Shown here: positions 8,946 to 18,522 of the stretch, piece after piece
Position numbering within the stretch: the first letter of the stretch is position 1
How the letters are laid out: every line of letters begins with the position of its first letter
Translations under genes and position numbers: made by a program
Notes under the pieces: generated by a model
Told to the model about the DNA's origin: nothing
Database searches by the model: none
The model's input: only the letters and a program-made list of their open reading frames with translations
Assembly (NCBI GenBank): GCA_947478465.1
Contig: CANJWH010000004.1
Coordinates: forward strand, 30,727 to 94,726
Direction of reading: 5' to 3'
From: Bacteroidota bacterium
Lineage (GTDB): Bacteria; Bacteroidota; Bacteroidia; SXHM01
DNA length: 64,000 nt

Positions 8946-11123
8946 ATGACTATGAAATCCTTTTCTTCTTTTATATACGCAGCACTTATCAGCAATGCGC
9001 TGTTTGCTGGCAACCATTATGTATCTTCTGTAAACGGAAGCACGGTAGGCACGGGTACACAAGGTAATCCGTATAAAAATCTGTCGCAGGTTGGCACGAT
9101 TGCAGCAGGTGATACTGTTTTTCTTGAATGCGGAAGTTTGTTTCGCGAAACACTTACCCTGTTCAGCGGAGGAACTTCGGGAGCACGTATTGTAATAACC
9201 AATTACGGCAGCGGAGCAAAACCCGTTATCAGCGGGGCAGATACAGTTCAAAACTGGACACAGGACGGAACTAAATATTATGCAACATTCAGCGGCACGG
9301 TAAAAAATTTCTTTGCCAATAACAAAGAACAGATTATTGCCCGCACACCCAATGAAGGAATTTATTATCAATTGGATTCTGCACAAACAACGTATCTTAA
9401 AGATGCAGCCCTTACACAAACAAATGGCTACTGGAATGGGGCAAAAGTTTGTGTTCATACTGCACAATGGTGCTGGGAAAAATCAACAGTATCAACTTAT
9501 CAGAACGGTCAGGTAAATTATTCACCTGCGCTAACACTTTCTGCCATTGGCGGCTATGGCTATTTTTTCTACGACAAGGATTCATGCCTGAATGCTGCAA
9601 AGGAATGGTATTACGACAGTGTAAATTCTAAACTCTGGTTTATTCCAGCAAACGGAACTGCTGACGAATTATTTTGTGAAGCATCAGTGCGTAATGCAGG
9701 AATTCTTTTGCAGAACAATGCGCATTATGTTACCATCAGCGGAATACGATTTGAAAAGCAAGGCAATGCTGGCGTGCAAACAAGTAATCAGACACAGCAC
9801 GCAATTGTCAGAGATTGTGAGTTTTTCGGACAGTATAATTACGGGGTATATACACGCGGCAAATATCATCTGATTGAAAACTGCCGCTTTGATGAAGTAG
9901 ACGGGCATGGAGTTGATATAAATGCAGCAGGAAACACAGAGGTAAGTCATTGTAGTTTTAAAAATATAGGTCAATTCCGCAACAGTGGTATTGGAGGACA
10001 AGCCAATCTTTCTGCCATAGCAGTAAACTTTGCCGACTCCTGTTACCTGCATCATAACACCATTGACAGTGTAGGCTATTGCGGTATCAGTTGTGACGGA
10101 GCATATTCTGTTGTAGAGAAAAATACTGCATCGCATTGCATGTTACTGAATAATGATGGGGCACCATTTAAAGCTTTTGGCGGATTATCGCACAACACTG
10201 TTTTCAGGAATAACATTGCTTACGATACACAAGGCAATATAGATGGAACATACAACGGAACATTTGAAACCCCGGGCTTGTATTTCGATAATTATGTAAA
10301 TAACAACACGTTTGAAAATAACACCGTTTACAATATACCCCAGAAAGGTATTTTTCAAAACAGCGGCAGCAGTGATAATAGTATTATTGGCAATGTGGTT
10401 TTCGGAAGCACAGTTGGTCTTGATATTAACGGTGGTTTTCAGGTAAATGATACACTCAACAGAATAGAAGTAAAGCAAAATGTTTTATGTGCGTTAAACT
10501 CCTCCTCTTATCCACTGCGTCAGATTGATTATTTTAATCCGAATGTTTTTGAGCAAGGTGTGCTTGACAGTAATTATTATTTTCAGCCCTATGCTGCAAA
10601 CCATGCGGTGCTGCGTCCGCAGGGCACTCCGCAAAACAATACACTTGCGGTCTGGCAGAGTTTCAGCGGACAGGATGAGCACACAAAAAATGCCTTTGCC
10701 GGTTACAATACTTTGAGCATGATACCCGAATTGTTTGTCAATCCGACTGACAATGATTCTGTTTTTCAACTCATTAATTTGTATCTTGATTTAGATAGTA
10801 ATGTTGTTTGCGGCAGCATTACTGTTAGTGCTTATTATTCAAAAGTGCTTATCAATACAGGTCAGGCATGTATAACATCAATAGGGGATGAAGTAAACCA
10901 AATTAGGTTTACTGTTTTTCCTAATCCGGCAGACGATAAGATTACATTGGTATGCAGCGGTACATTAATCAATACGCCAATGAATTTGATTGACATAAAT
11001 GGAAGAACAATACTGTCGCAACTGGTTTCAACACCATTAACCGAAGTTAATGTCAGTAACCTTTTGCCGGGAATTTACTTCGTGCAGATCAGCAACGAAG
11101 TAAGGAAAATAATAATAGAGTAA
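8946..11123 (+). CDS. Right-handed beta-helix protein with T9SS type A C-terminal sorting domain
   Basis: Signal peptide; YVSS..G..GT..NPY N-terminus; Asn/Ile-rich beta-helix repeats; C-terminal VFPNPA...LPGIYFVQI...KIIIE. Confidence 0.88.
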   Translation: MTMKSFSSFIYAALISNALFAGNHYVSSVNGSTVGTGTQGNPYKNLSQVGTIAAGDTVFLECGSLFRETLTLFSGGTSGARIVITNYGSGAKPVISGADTVQNWTQDGTKYYATFSGTVKNFFANNKEQIIARTPNEGIYYQLDSAQTTYLKDAALTQTNGYWNGAKVCVHTAQWCWEKSTVSTYQNGQVNYSPALTLSAIGGYGYFFYDKDSCLNAAKEWYYDSVNSKLWFIPANGTADELFCEASVRNAGILLQNNAHYVTISGIRFEKQGNAGVQTSNQTQHAIVRDCEFFGQYNYGVYTRGKYHLIENCRFDEVDGHGVDINAAGNTEVSHCSFKNIGQFRNSGIGGQANLSAIAVNFADSCYLHHNTIDSVGYCGISCDGAYSVVEKNTASHCMLLNNDGAPFKAFGGLSHNTVFRNNIAYDTQGNIDGTYNGTFETPGLYFDNYVNNNTFENNTVYNIPQKGIFQNSGSSDNSIIGNVVFGSTVGLDINGGFQVNDTLNRIEVKQNVLCALNSSSYPLRQIDYFNPNVFEQGVLDSNYYFQPYAANHAVLRPQGTPQNNTLAVWQSFSGQDEHTKNAFAGYNTLSMIPELFVNPTDNDSVFQLINLYLDLDSNVVCGSITVSAYYSKVLINTGQACITSIGDEVNQIRFTVFPNPADDKITLVCSGTLINTPMNLIDINGRTILSQLVSTPLTEVNVSNLLPGIYFVQISNEVRKIIIE

Positions 11124-11132
11124 ATTGGAATT

Positions 11133-11756
11133 CTAGTATCCCGATTGCTGCTTGATAGCCTGAGCTACTTCGTTTTCCAGCGGGTCGTAGATAAACATGG
11201 CGCGCATTTCATTGTTTTCAGTAAGAAAGTCAATACCGCTTTGCAAATACAAGTATTCACCAACGTATTTTTCCTGAATGATTTCAGGATGTCCCATAGC
11301 AGTTTTAATTTTTTGTCCTGAACTGTGGAAGCTGATGTTGTTGCCTGCAGTGAATTTGCTGTAAAGTGCATCGTCATAACCATAAGAGGTAAGTACTATA
11401 TACACTAAATGATTGTTACGGAAGTAAAGTTTATAAACGGGATATTCAATATTTGCCTCGCAGTCGTTTTTATATTTGAAAACACGGTCGTAGTGTGTAT
11501 TGTAACATAACTCCTGACTAATATTTTTGCCGAATTTCACCACTTCTTCGTCCTGTTCTTGCTGGTAACTGCGCGATTTTTCGGGAAGTCCAAGTAGTTC
11601 AATTGCTTTCTCAGATGAGATACCCAATACTAATTCGCCAACACCTTTGCCGGGTGTAACTTTAGTATAACTGATAGCACTTGATTTGCCTTTGTTTTGT
11701 GCCGTTGCTGCAGTAAAAACTGCTGCTAAAACTACTAGTGCTGCTAAATTCTTCAT
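11133..11756 (-). CDS. Secreted hypothetical protein with an internal duplication
   Basis: Signal peptide; two similar units (VGELVLGISSEKAIELLGLPE and NNISFHSSGQKIKTAMGHPE). Confidence 0.7.
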   Translation of the reverse strand: MKNLAALVVLAAVFTAATAQNKGKSSAISYTKVTPGKGVGELVLGISSEKAIELLGLPEKSRSYQQEQDEEVVKFGKNISQELCYNTHYDRVFKYKNDCEANIEYPVYKLYFRNNHLVYIVLTSYGYDDALYSKFTAGNNISFHSSGQKIKTAMGHPEIIQEKYVGEYLYLQSGIDFLTENNEMRAMFIYDPLENEVAQAIKQQSGY

Positions 11757-11788
11757 GGTATTTAATTGAAGGGGTTTGTGCTAATTCT

Positions 11789-11813
11789 AACGGATGTCTA
11801 TTTAAAAGGTTGC
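11789..11813 (-). promoter_or_regulatory. Candidate ECF sigma promoter for 11133..11756
   Basis: GCAAC-N16-CGTT on the minus strand, about 30 bp upstream of the ATG. Confidence 0.3.
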
Positions 11814-11843
11814 TGCTTCATCGATTAATAACCATTCCAGAGT

Positions 11844-11859
11844 TTGGCACGAAATTGGT
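11844..11859 (+). promoter_or_regulatory. Candidate sigma-54 (-24/-12) promoter
   Basis: TTGGCACG-AAAT-TGGT (perfect -24, imperfect -12), about 35 bp upstream of the ATG at 11894. Confidence 0.35.
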
Positions 11860-11893
11860 TTTGCGTATATCAAACTTAAAAACGGAGGTCAAA

Positions 11894-12595
11894 ATGAAAA
11901 ATTTAATCCTTACTCTTATCATCAGTTTCAGCGTATTATCGCTAAAAGCAAATCACTACTCAAGTCTTAACCTTATGATGGTTGACAATGCCAACTATGA
12001 AGTGATTTTTAATAACCAGTTTTTCGGTAATACAGGCAACAGTTTTACCATGAATCAGGTTTTGCCCGGTCGCTACCCTTTAATAGTTTCAAAATATTTT
12101 CCTACCCAATGGGGATTTCAAAAGCAGGTTGTTTACAATGGACTTATTGATATTCCTGCAGGTTCTAATGTAAATGCACGTGTTGATTGCTTCAACCATT
12201 TGCAATTAAGCTATTCACCTGTTTTTCCTGCATATCAAACTAATACACCCGGTCATTGCGGAACATCAACTTCCGGATATTACCAGCCAATGCCGGCTCA
12301 AATACCAATGGGTATGAATCCTGTTGCTTTCGGTCAACTGAAAAACACAATTAGCAATCAGTGGTTCGATAGCGGTAAACTGCAGGTAGCCAGACAAGCC
12401 ATCAGCATGAACAGCCTCACTGCTGCGCAGGTGTCAGAACTGATGCAACTGTTCAGCTTTGAAAGTTCAAAACTGGAATTAGCTAAAATGGCATTTGCAA
12501 ATACAGTTGATAAACAGAACTACTATATTGTAAACAACGCGTTCTGGTTCTCAAGCAGCGTAGCTGAATTAGACCAATATATCAGCCATCTTTAA
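11894..12595 (+). CDS. DUF4476 domain-containing secreted protein
   Basis: Signal peptide MKNLIL; C-terminal FDSGKLQVARQ...QVSELMQLFSFESSKLELAK...FWFSSS typical of DUF4476. Confidence 0.8.
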   Translation: MKNLILTLIISFSVLSLKANHYSSLNLMMVDNANYEVIFNNQFFGNTGNSFTMNQVLPGRYPLIVSKYFPTQWGFQKQVVYNGLIDIPAGSNVNARVDCFNHLQLSYSPVFPAYQTNTPGHCGTSTSGYYQPMPAQIPMGMNPVAFGQLKNTISNQWFDSGKLQVARQAISMNSLTAAQVSELMQLFSFESSKLELAKMAFANTVDKQNYYIVNNAFWFSSSVAELDQYISHL

Positions 12596-12612
12596 ACTAT
12601 TTCACTGAACAT

Positions 12613-12642
12613 AAAAGCCCTCTGCACACGCAGGGGGCTTTT
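12613..12642 (+). terminator. Intrinsic terminator
   Basis: AAAAGCCCTCTGC-ACAC-GCAGGGGGCTTTT hairpin after the stop codon. Confidence 0.85.
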
Positions 12643-12669
12643 GCTTTTAATATGCTTTACTTGAATTTG

Positions 12670-12677
12670 TAATTTTG
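12670..12677 (+). promoter_or_regulatory. Bacteroidota -7 promoter element
   Basis: TAATTTTG matches TAnnTTTG; only 4 nt before the ATG at 12682, so the mRNA is probably near-leaderless. Confidence 0.55.
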
Positions 12678-12681
12678 CCCA

Positions 12682-13170
12682 ATGGGTTTAAGTAATTTTG
12701 AACGTATGATACAACTGGCAGAGGATACCTTTGCCACTAAAAATGATCCCGACCAGTTGGATGTAAATGAAGGGGTGTTGGAGCATTTAAAGCAAATACA
12801 CCCTTCCACTGTTTCTGAATACGATGATGGCAAAGGCCCTTCAGCCTGGATTTTATTGATACCTACTACAACAGATTTAATGAATCGTTTTCTTGAAAAT
12901 AAAATTTCCGAGAAAGAACTTTACGAGCTTACCCCGCTGAAAGTCACTTATGACGCTTTGTATCTATGCTCTGCAATGGTTTTAGACGAATACCGCAGAA
13001 AGGGAATAGCACGAAAGTTAACGTTAAAGGCAGTAGAAGAAATTTGTAAAACCCACCCGATAAAAGCCTTATTTACCTGGGCTTTTACTAAAGAAGGTAA
13101 TATGGCAGCCGAAGAACTTGCACGTGTAACTTCATTGCCATTGTTTAAACATCAGCCTAAAACCAAGTGA
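12682..13170 (+). CDS. GNAT-fold hypothetical acetyltransferase
   Basis: Acetyl-CoA-binding motif A VLDEYRRKGIARKL. Confidence 0.7.
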   Translation: MGLSNFERMIQLAEDTFATKNDPDQLDVNEGVLEHLKQIHPSTVSEYDDGKGPSAWILLIPTTTDLMNRFLENKISEKELYELTPLKVTYDALYLCSAMVLDEYRRKGIARKLTLKAVEEICKTHPIKALFTWAFTKEGNMAAEELARVTSLPLFKHQPKTK

Positions 13171-13173
13171 TTA

Positions 13174-13626
13174 ATGAAGGCAGTCATTCAGCGTGTTTCC
13201 GAAGCATCGGTAAAAATTGAAGGAGAAATAAAAGGTCAGATAAATTCAGGTCTTGTAATCCTACTGGGCATTGAAGAAGCAGATACATTCGAAGACATTG
13301 AATGGCTTTGCGGGAAAATATGCCGGCTTAGAATTTTCGGTGATGAAAACGGAGTAATGAATTTAAGTGTTCAGGAATGTGGAGGTGACATATTGCTGAT
13401 CAGCCAGTTTACATTGCATGCTTCAACTAAGAAAGGCAACCGGCCATCTTACATTAAAGCTGCGCGACCGGAAGTTGCAATTCCGCTTTATGAGGCGTTT
13501 ATAAAGCAATTGGAAAAGGAATTGAATAAGCCCCTACAAACCGGAGAGTTTGGTGCCGATATGAAAGTAAGTCTTATCAATGATGGTCCGGTTACCATTA
13601 TTATTGACTCGAAAAACAGGGAATAA
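13174..13626 (+). CDS. dtd: D-aminoacyl-tRNA deacylase
   Basis: [29 protein letters not shown]. Confidence 0.97.
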   Translation: MKAVIQRVSEASVKIEGEIKGQINSGLVILLGIEEADTFEDIEWLCGKICRLRIFGDENGVMNLSVQECGGDILLISQFTLHASTKKGNRPSYIKAARPEVAIPLYEAFIKQLEKELNKPLQTGEFGADMKVSLINDGPVTIIIDSKNRE

Positions 13627-13630
13627 AGCC

Positions 13631-13638
13631 TATCTTTG
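13631..13638 (+). promoter_or_regulatory. Bacteroidota -7 promoter element
   Basis: TATCTTTG 17 nt upstream of ubiE. Confidence 0.65.
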
Positions 13639-13655
13639 CGCTCCCTTTTAAGAAA

Positions 13656-14381
13656 ATGACAGTTACACCTTATAAAACAGAAGCAGGAAAAAAAGAGCAA
13701 GTGGCTGAGATGTTCAACAACATTTCGCCCAGCTACGATTTTTTGAATCATTTTCTTTCATTAGGAATTGATGTGTTATGGAGAAAAAAAGCAATCGCTT
13801 TTTTGAAAGATGCAAAGCCTAAAACCATTTTAGATATTGCTACAGGAACAGGTGATTTAGCCATTGAAGCCCTTAGTCTGAACCCAGATAAAATAACGGG
13901 AGTAGACATTTCTGAAGGAATGCTGGCCGTTGGAAAACAGAAAATAAAAAAGAAAAAGCTGGAAGATAAAATTGAACTTCAGTTAGGCGATTCAGAAAAA
14001 CTTTTGTTTGCGGACAATAATTTTGATGCAGTTACCGTTGCTTTTGGTGTGCGCAACTTCGAAAACCTTGAAAAAGGACTTACTGATATTTATCGGGTGC
14101 TTAAACCGGGCGGAACATTTGTTGTACTTGAATTCTCAAAACCCGTAACATTCCCTGTGAAGCAACTGTATAACTTTTACTTTAACAGCATATTACCATT
14201 CTTCGGGAAAGTAATATCTAAAGATAATTCGGCATATACCTATTTACCAGAATCTGTAAAATCATTCCCTGATGGAGAAAACTTTACCCGGCTTTTAATT
14301 AAAACAGGATTTAGCGCTACCAAAATGAAACCACTTACTTTTGGTATAGCAACAATTTATGTGGGTAAAAAAACAGGTTAG
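13656..14381 (+). CDS. ubiE: Demethylmenaquinone methyltransferase UbiE/MenG
   Basis: [42 protein letters not shown]. Confidence 0.95.
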   Translation: MTVTPYKTEAGKKEQVAEMFNNISPSYDFLNHFLSLGIDVLWRKKAIAFLKDAKPKTILDIATGTGDLAIEALSLNPDKITGVDISEGMLAVGKQKIKKKKLEDKIELQLGDSEKLLFADNNFDAVTVAFGVRNFENLEKGLTDIYRVLKPGGTFVVLEFSKPVTFPVKQLYNFYFNSILPFFGKVISKDNSAYTYLPESVKSFPDGENFTRLLIKTGFSATKMKPLTFGIATIYVGKKTG

Positions 14382-14418
14382 ACAAAGTGTAACCTCACAA
14401 CTGAGATTTGTAGCATTT

Positions 14419-15165
14419 ATGCGGATTATCCTGTCTGCACTCTTATTATTTTGTCTTTTTCCGGAGCAAACTAATGCACAGATTTTTAACAGAAAATTTG
14501 AAGGAGATCCTCATAAGCGGTTGCCTAAATACGATCGTCAGCGGTTGCATTTCGGTTTTACATTGGGCGTAAACAGTACAACGTTCAGGGTGCGTAATGT
14601 TGAAAATATTCAACAATTTGATTCAGTTTTTGTAATTGACCCTCACCCGCAGGTGGGTTTTAACCTTGGTATTATTACTGACCTTAGAATTGGGCAGCAC
14701 TTTAACCTTCGTTTTATTCCCGATCTTTCTTTTGCCGACCGCAGATTGCAATATACGCTGAGCACATTAGACACTCTCGGGCAACCGGTACAACGAAGCG
14801 AAGAACAAAAATTAGAATCGGTTTTATTGGAGTTTCCGCTTTCACTGAAATTTAAATCGGTGAGGATAAACGATGGCAATTGGAGGGTTTATGTTCTGGG
14901 TGGAGGTAAGTTTATTATGGATATGGCTTCACAATCCAAAATAAAAACGGGAGATAACGAAGTGGTGGTAAAGCTCAATCGTCTCGATTATGCTTATGAA
15001 TTAGGCGTGGGCTTTGATATTTACATGCAGTATTTTAAGTTTTCCCCTGAACTGAAAGTCTCATTTGGACTGAATAATCTGTTGGTTAAGGACGAAACCA
15101 TTTATACCCAAAGTATCAATAAACTGAACTCAATGGCATTTTTGCTGTCGTTTCACTTTGAATAG
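14419..15165 (+). CDS. porT: T9SS outer-membrane protein PorT/SprT
   Basis: YDRQRLHFGFTLGVN, GFNLGIITDLR..FNLRFIP, GFDIYMQYFKFSPELK, terminal FHFE; lies directly after ubiE. Confidence 0.85.
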   Translation: MRIILSALLLFCLFPEQTNAQIFNRKFEGDPHKRLPKYDRQRLHFGFTLGVNSTTFRVRNVENIQQFDSVFVIDPHPQVGFNLGIITDLRIGQHFNLRFIPDLSFADRRLQYTLSTLDTLGQPVQRSEEQKLESVLLEFPLSLKFKSVRINDGNWRVYVLGGGKFIMDMASQSKIKTGDNEVVVKLNRLDYAYELGVGFDIYMQYFKFSPELKVSFGLNNLLVKDETIYTQSINKLNSMAFLLSFHFE

Positions 15166-15170
15166 GATGT

Positions 15171-15235
15171 TGTAATGCTGAACTTGTTTCAGCATCTTCT
15201 TATTAATAAGACACTAAACCAAGTTCAGTGTGATG
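15171..15235. repeat. REP-like palindromic doublet, copy 2
   Basis: TGTAATGCTGAACTTGTTTCAGCATCT...AGACACTAAACCAAGTTCAGTGTGATG between convergent genes. Confidence 0.8.
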
Positions 15236-15237
15236 GT

Positions 15238-16740
15238 TTATTCCCACTTAAAAACATCTTCAATTCTTCTTGGTCGCAGAATGTTCTTCCATGAAAAATC
15301 TTTGAGCTTCAAGTCTTCTTTTGTAACTTCTTTTAGAGGATAAAGTGTAGCGTCAGGCTTGGTGATGAAGGTGATGGATTTTACCTTGTTACTGTCAACG
15401 AAAATTAACATGTCGCTGCTTTCGGCTTTGTTTACGTTTTCAACAGGTTTGTCATCTTCGTGTGCATAATAAATGGTTTGCCCGTTGCCGATAACGCGAA
15501 CTTTGTAGAGTTTACTGTTCTCGAAAAAACCATTCATATTTTTGCCTTTTATCTGGTTGAAGTGCGCTGTATCTTCGCTTGAAATAATAAAGGCATTATT
15601 GCGCATGCGCATTTCATGCATTTTTCCGTTTGCCATTTGCAGGAAAGTGGTGTCGGAGGTTAATTGGTTACTATCGTTCCAAAGTATTGGTGTTCGGAAC
15701 ATACTTATAGCCGAATCTTTATAGGAATATACCAATGAGTCACACATTCCCTGAAAATCGTTTTTAAAGAATTTAGCTTTGTAGAATGCAAATAACGTGC
15801 GTTTGTCTGATAGTGTATCAAGTGTGGTTTTAAGTGTATCTGCATGGAGGTAAAGTGTGTCGCCACTTAAGTTTTGTTTCATAAGAGCTTTGCCGGTTAC
15901 AATCGTTTTTTCATCGCTGCGAAAGAACTCTCCGTAATCACCGTTGATAACCACTTCCTGCACGGTATCGCGAAGGATGATATTGTTGATGGCTTTTCCG
16001 AAACCGGTTGCGCGGTCATAATAAATGCTGTCACCAGTTATGGTTTGTTCTTTTGAAGTAATTTTTGCATGTTGATTGAACTGTGAAACATCCTTGCGGG
16101 TATCATACCACCCGTTTTCGCAATAGATGGTATTTTCATCGCTTACAATTACGGTGGGGCCAAGGAAATAAGCCACCTCTGTGGTGGTTTTGAATTTCAG
16201 CGTATCGCAGTTGATGGTGTATTTAGGATTTACAAGCACTACATTTTTCCGGAAGTGCAGCATTTTTTCTCCAGAATAATAATAGCCTAAAATACTTGTA
16301 AGTGTGTCTTCTTTCTGTACTATTTTTCCGCCTGTTGTGTAGTTGGAGATCCCACTGGTGCGGTCATATGTTAGCCTGTCGGTGGTGAGTTTTATTTCTT
16401 TATCAATGAGCACCACATTGCCGGTAACCACTGCCACTTTTGTGTTGCCGTTGTAGTTAAGTTTTTCTCCATATAGGTCAAGCGTATCGCCTTGTTTAAT
16501 ATGAACACGGCTGAAGGCATCCATGGTATTGGTTTCGCTATAGAGCCATGCGCTGTCGCAAAACATAAGTGCATCATCGTGTTTGAACTGCACATCTCCC
16601 AACAGCCTGCGCACTTTGCCTGTTTGACGTTCATCGTATTGCAGCTCGTTGGCATGCAGCAGTTCTATTTTGCTCGGACTCTCCTGCGCAAAGGCGCTAA
16701 GGGTTGAAGAAAGAATTAAAACAAGAGAAAATCCACGCAT
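15238..16740 (-). CDS. OstA-like (LptA/LptD N-terminal beta-jellyroll) protein
   Basis: Signal peptide; repeated GNV/GDSIYYD beta-jellyroll units; MFCDSAWLY. Confidence 0.85.
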   Translation of the reverse strand: MRGFSLVLILSSTLSAFAQESPSKIELLHANELQYDERQTGKVRRLLGDVQFKHDDALMFCDSAWLYSETNTMDAFSRVHIKQGDTLDLYGEKLNYNGNTKVAVVTGNVVLIDKEIKLTTDRLTYDRTSGISNYTTGGKIVQKEDTLTSILGYYYSGEKMLHFRKNVVLVNPKYTINCDTLKFKTTTEVAYFLGPTVIVSDENTIYCENGWYDTRKDVSQFNQHAKITSKEQTITGDSIYYDRATGFGKAINNIILRDTVQEVVINGDYGEFFRSDEKTIVTGKALMKQNLSGDTLYLHADTLKTTLDTLSDKRTLFAFYKAKFFKNDFQGMCDSLVYSYKDSAISMFRTPILWNDSNQLTSDTTFLQMANGKMHEMRMRNNAFIISSEDTAHFNQIKGKNMNGFFENSKLYKVRVIGNGQTIYYAHEDDKPVENVNKAESSDMLIFVDSNKVKSITFITKPDATLYPLKEVTKEDLKLKDFSWKNILRPRRIEDVFKWE

Positions 16741-16755
16741 TGCAGCGCGAAAATA

Positions 16756-17823
16756 TCAAAACAATTCCAATTGCTTTGCTTCGCCCGGCCTGCGAAAAGC
16801 GGCTGTATTTAATTCTTCTGAATAGCGGCCTTTCATATAGCGTTTTACTGAGTTCACAAATATCTGTTTAATAGAATCGGCAATTTTGCCTTCACCTTTT
16901 ATGCGTGTGCCGTAGCGACTGTCGTTCAATTGTCCGCCATGGCACTCCTGAATCTGATGCAGGACTTTCTCTGCCCTGTCTGGAAAATTTTTGTGAATCC
17001 AGTCTGTGAAAATCTCGCCAATAGAACCATTCAGTCGAACTATGGTGTAGCCCGCATTTACTGCTCCGTTGTCGGCAGCCTGTTTAATGATGCTTGGAAT
17101 TTCCATGCTGTTAAGCCCGGGAATAATGGGCGCAGTCATCACTCCGCAAGGCACACCCGCTTTTGATAATTGGTTTAAAATATTCAGTCGCTTTTTTGCA
17201 GAGGCCGTGCGTGGCTCCATTTTTAGACGCAATTCTTCTTTCAGTGATGTGATAGATACCATAACGTGAACCAATTTGTGCTTTGCAAGTTCGCTCAATA
17301 AGTCAGTATCGCGAAGAATAAGACTGTTCTTTGTTATCATGCCAATCGGGTTGCGGTATTCCAGAAAAATCTCCAATAGCTGCCGAGTTATTTTTAGCTT
17401 TTTTTCAATAGGTTGATAACAATCTGTATTGCCAGAGACCATTACGGGTGATGGAACCCAGCTTTTTTTGTCAAATGCCTCGCGCAGTAGTTTGGCGGCA
17501 TCGGGTTTAACAATTATTTTGCGTTCAAAATCCAGACCTGCGCTAAAACCCCAGTATTGATGAGCATTGCGTGCATAGCAATAAATGCAGCCGTGCTCAC
17601 ATCCCTGATAAGGATTGAGTGAATACATTCCGGGAATATCAGGGCTTTCCACTTTGTTGATGATTTTTTTAGGATGCTCAAAAAATAGTTTTGTGCGCTC
17701 ATCACCTAAAAATTCTTCATCAAGTGCTTCAATATGTTCCTTTACATATTCTTGTTTCAGAAAACGGTTGGCAGTGTTAAGCTGTGCACCTCTGCCTTTA
17801 AAATAATTTTCTTCGTTTTCCAT
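16756..17823 (-). CDS. PA0069/Rv2578c family radical SAM protein
   Basis: KGRGA N-terminus, NPYQGCEHGCIYCYAR (CxxxCxxC), TDCYQP, C-terminal QLELF. Confidence 0.92.
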   Translation of the reverse strand: MENEENYFKGRGAQLNTANRFLKQEYVKEHIEALDEEFLGDERTKLFFEHPKKIINKVESPDIPGMYSLNPYQGCEHGCIYCYARNAHQYWGFSAGLDFERKIIVKPDAAKLLREAFDKKSWVPSPVMVSGNTDCYQPIEKKLKITRQLLEIFLEYRNPIGMITKNSLILRDTDLLSELAKHKLVHVMVSITSLKEELRLKMEPRTASAKKRLNILNQLSKAGVPCGVMTAPIIPGLNSMEIPSIIKQAADNGAVNAGYTIVRLNGSIGEIFTDWIHKNFPDRAEKVLHQIQECHGGQLNDSRYGTRIKGEGKIADSIKQIFVNSVKRYMKGRYSEELNTAAFRRPGEAKQLELF

Positions 17824-17912
17824 ACCCTAAAAATAATGAATACAGTTTTCTTTTTACTCGTTGTTAGTAAATTTCTTTCTGCAACTTTGTGCCTAAGCAA
17901 CTTAGCAAGAAA

Positions 17913-18512
17913 ATGAAATTACCTGAATCTGTTTTTAATGAATTAGCCGACAATCTTGCCGTAAAAGGCTGGGCTGTTACCGATGATTTATTTGCCGCTG
18001 ATTTATTGCAAGAATTCTTAAAAGAAGAAATGCTGCTTTTTAAAAATGGAGAATTTAAAAAGGCAGGCATAGGAAAAGGCACGGAACATAAAGTAGTTTC
18101 CGAAATACGCAATGATTATGTACACTGGCTGGATGAAGATAATCTAACAGAATTTCAACAACAGTTTTGGCTGCAAATGCAGGAACTTAAACAGTTTCTG
18201 AATCGCGAATTTTTTCTTGGACTGAAAGAAATGGAATTTCACTTTGCTGTTTACCCTGAAGGTAGTTTTTATAAAAAGCATCTTGACCGTTTTCAGCGAG
18301 ATTCAGGCCGCACAATTTCCTGTGTATTGTATCTTAACCGAGATTGGAAGGATGGAGACGGGGGACAATTGCGTATTTACAATAATGAAACTTACATGGA
18401 TTTAATTCCAGTATTCGGTCGTTTCATTTGTTTTAAAAGTGATGAAATTGAGCACGAAGTTTTGCCCACAAATAAAGAACGATACAGTATTACGGGATGG
18501 ATGAAAAACTAA
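17913..18512 (+). CDS. 2OG-Fe(II) oxygenase, prolyl-hydroxylase (SM-20/PHD)-like
   Basis: IRND, HLD...HEV iron triad, YLN, RYSITGW. Confidence 0.88.
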   Translation: MKLPESVFNELADNLAVKGWAVTDDLFAADLLQEFLKEEMLLFKNGEFKKAGIGKGTEHKVVSEIRNDYVHWLDEDNLTEFQQQFWLQMQELKQFLNREFFLGLKEMEFHFAVYPEGSFYKKHLDRFQRDSGRTISCVLYLNRDWKDGDGGQLRIYNNETYMDLIPVFGRFICFKSDEIEHEVLPTNKERYSITGWMKN

Positions 18513-18522
18513 AAAGAAATAA

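Noticed and set aside
8877-10769. Minus-strand ORFs of 60-196 aa
   Set aside because: Antisense shadows of the well-supported beta-helix gene
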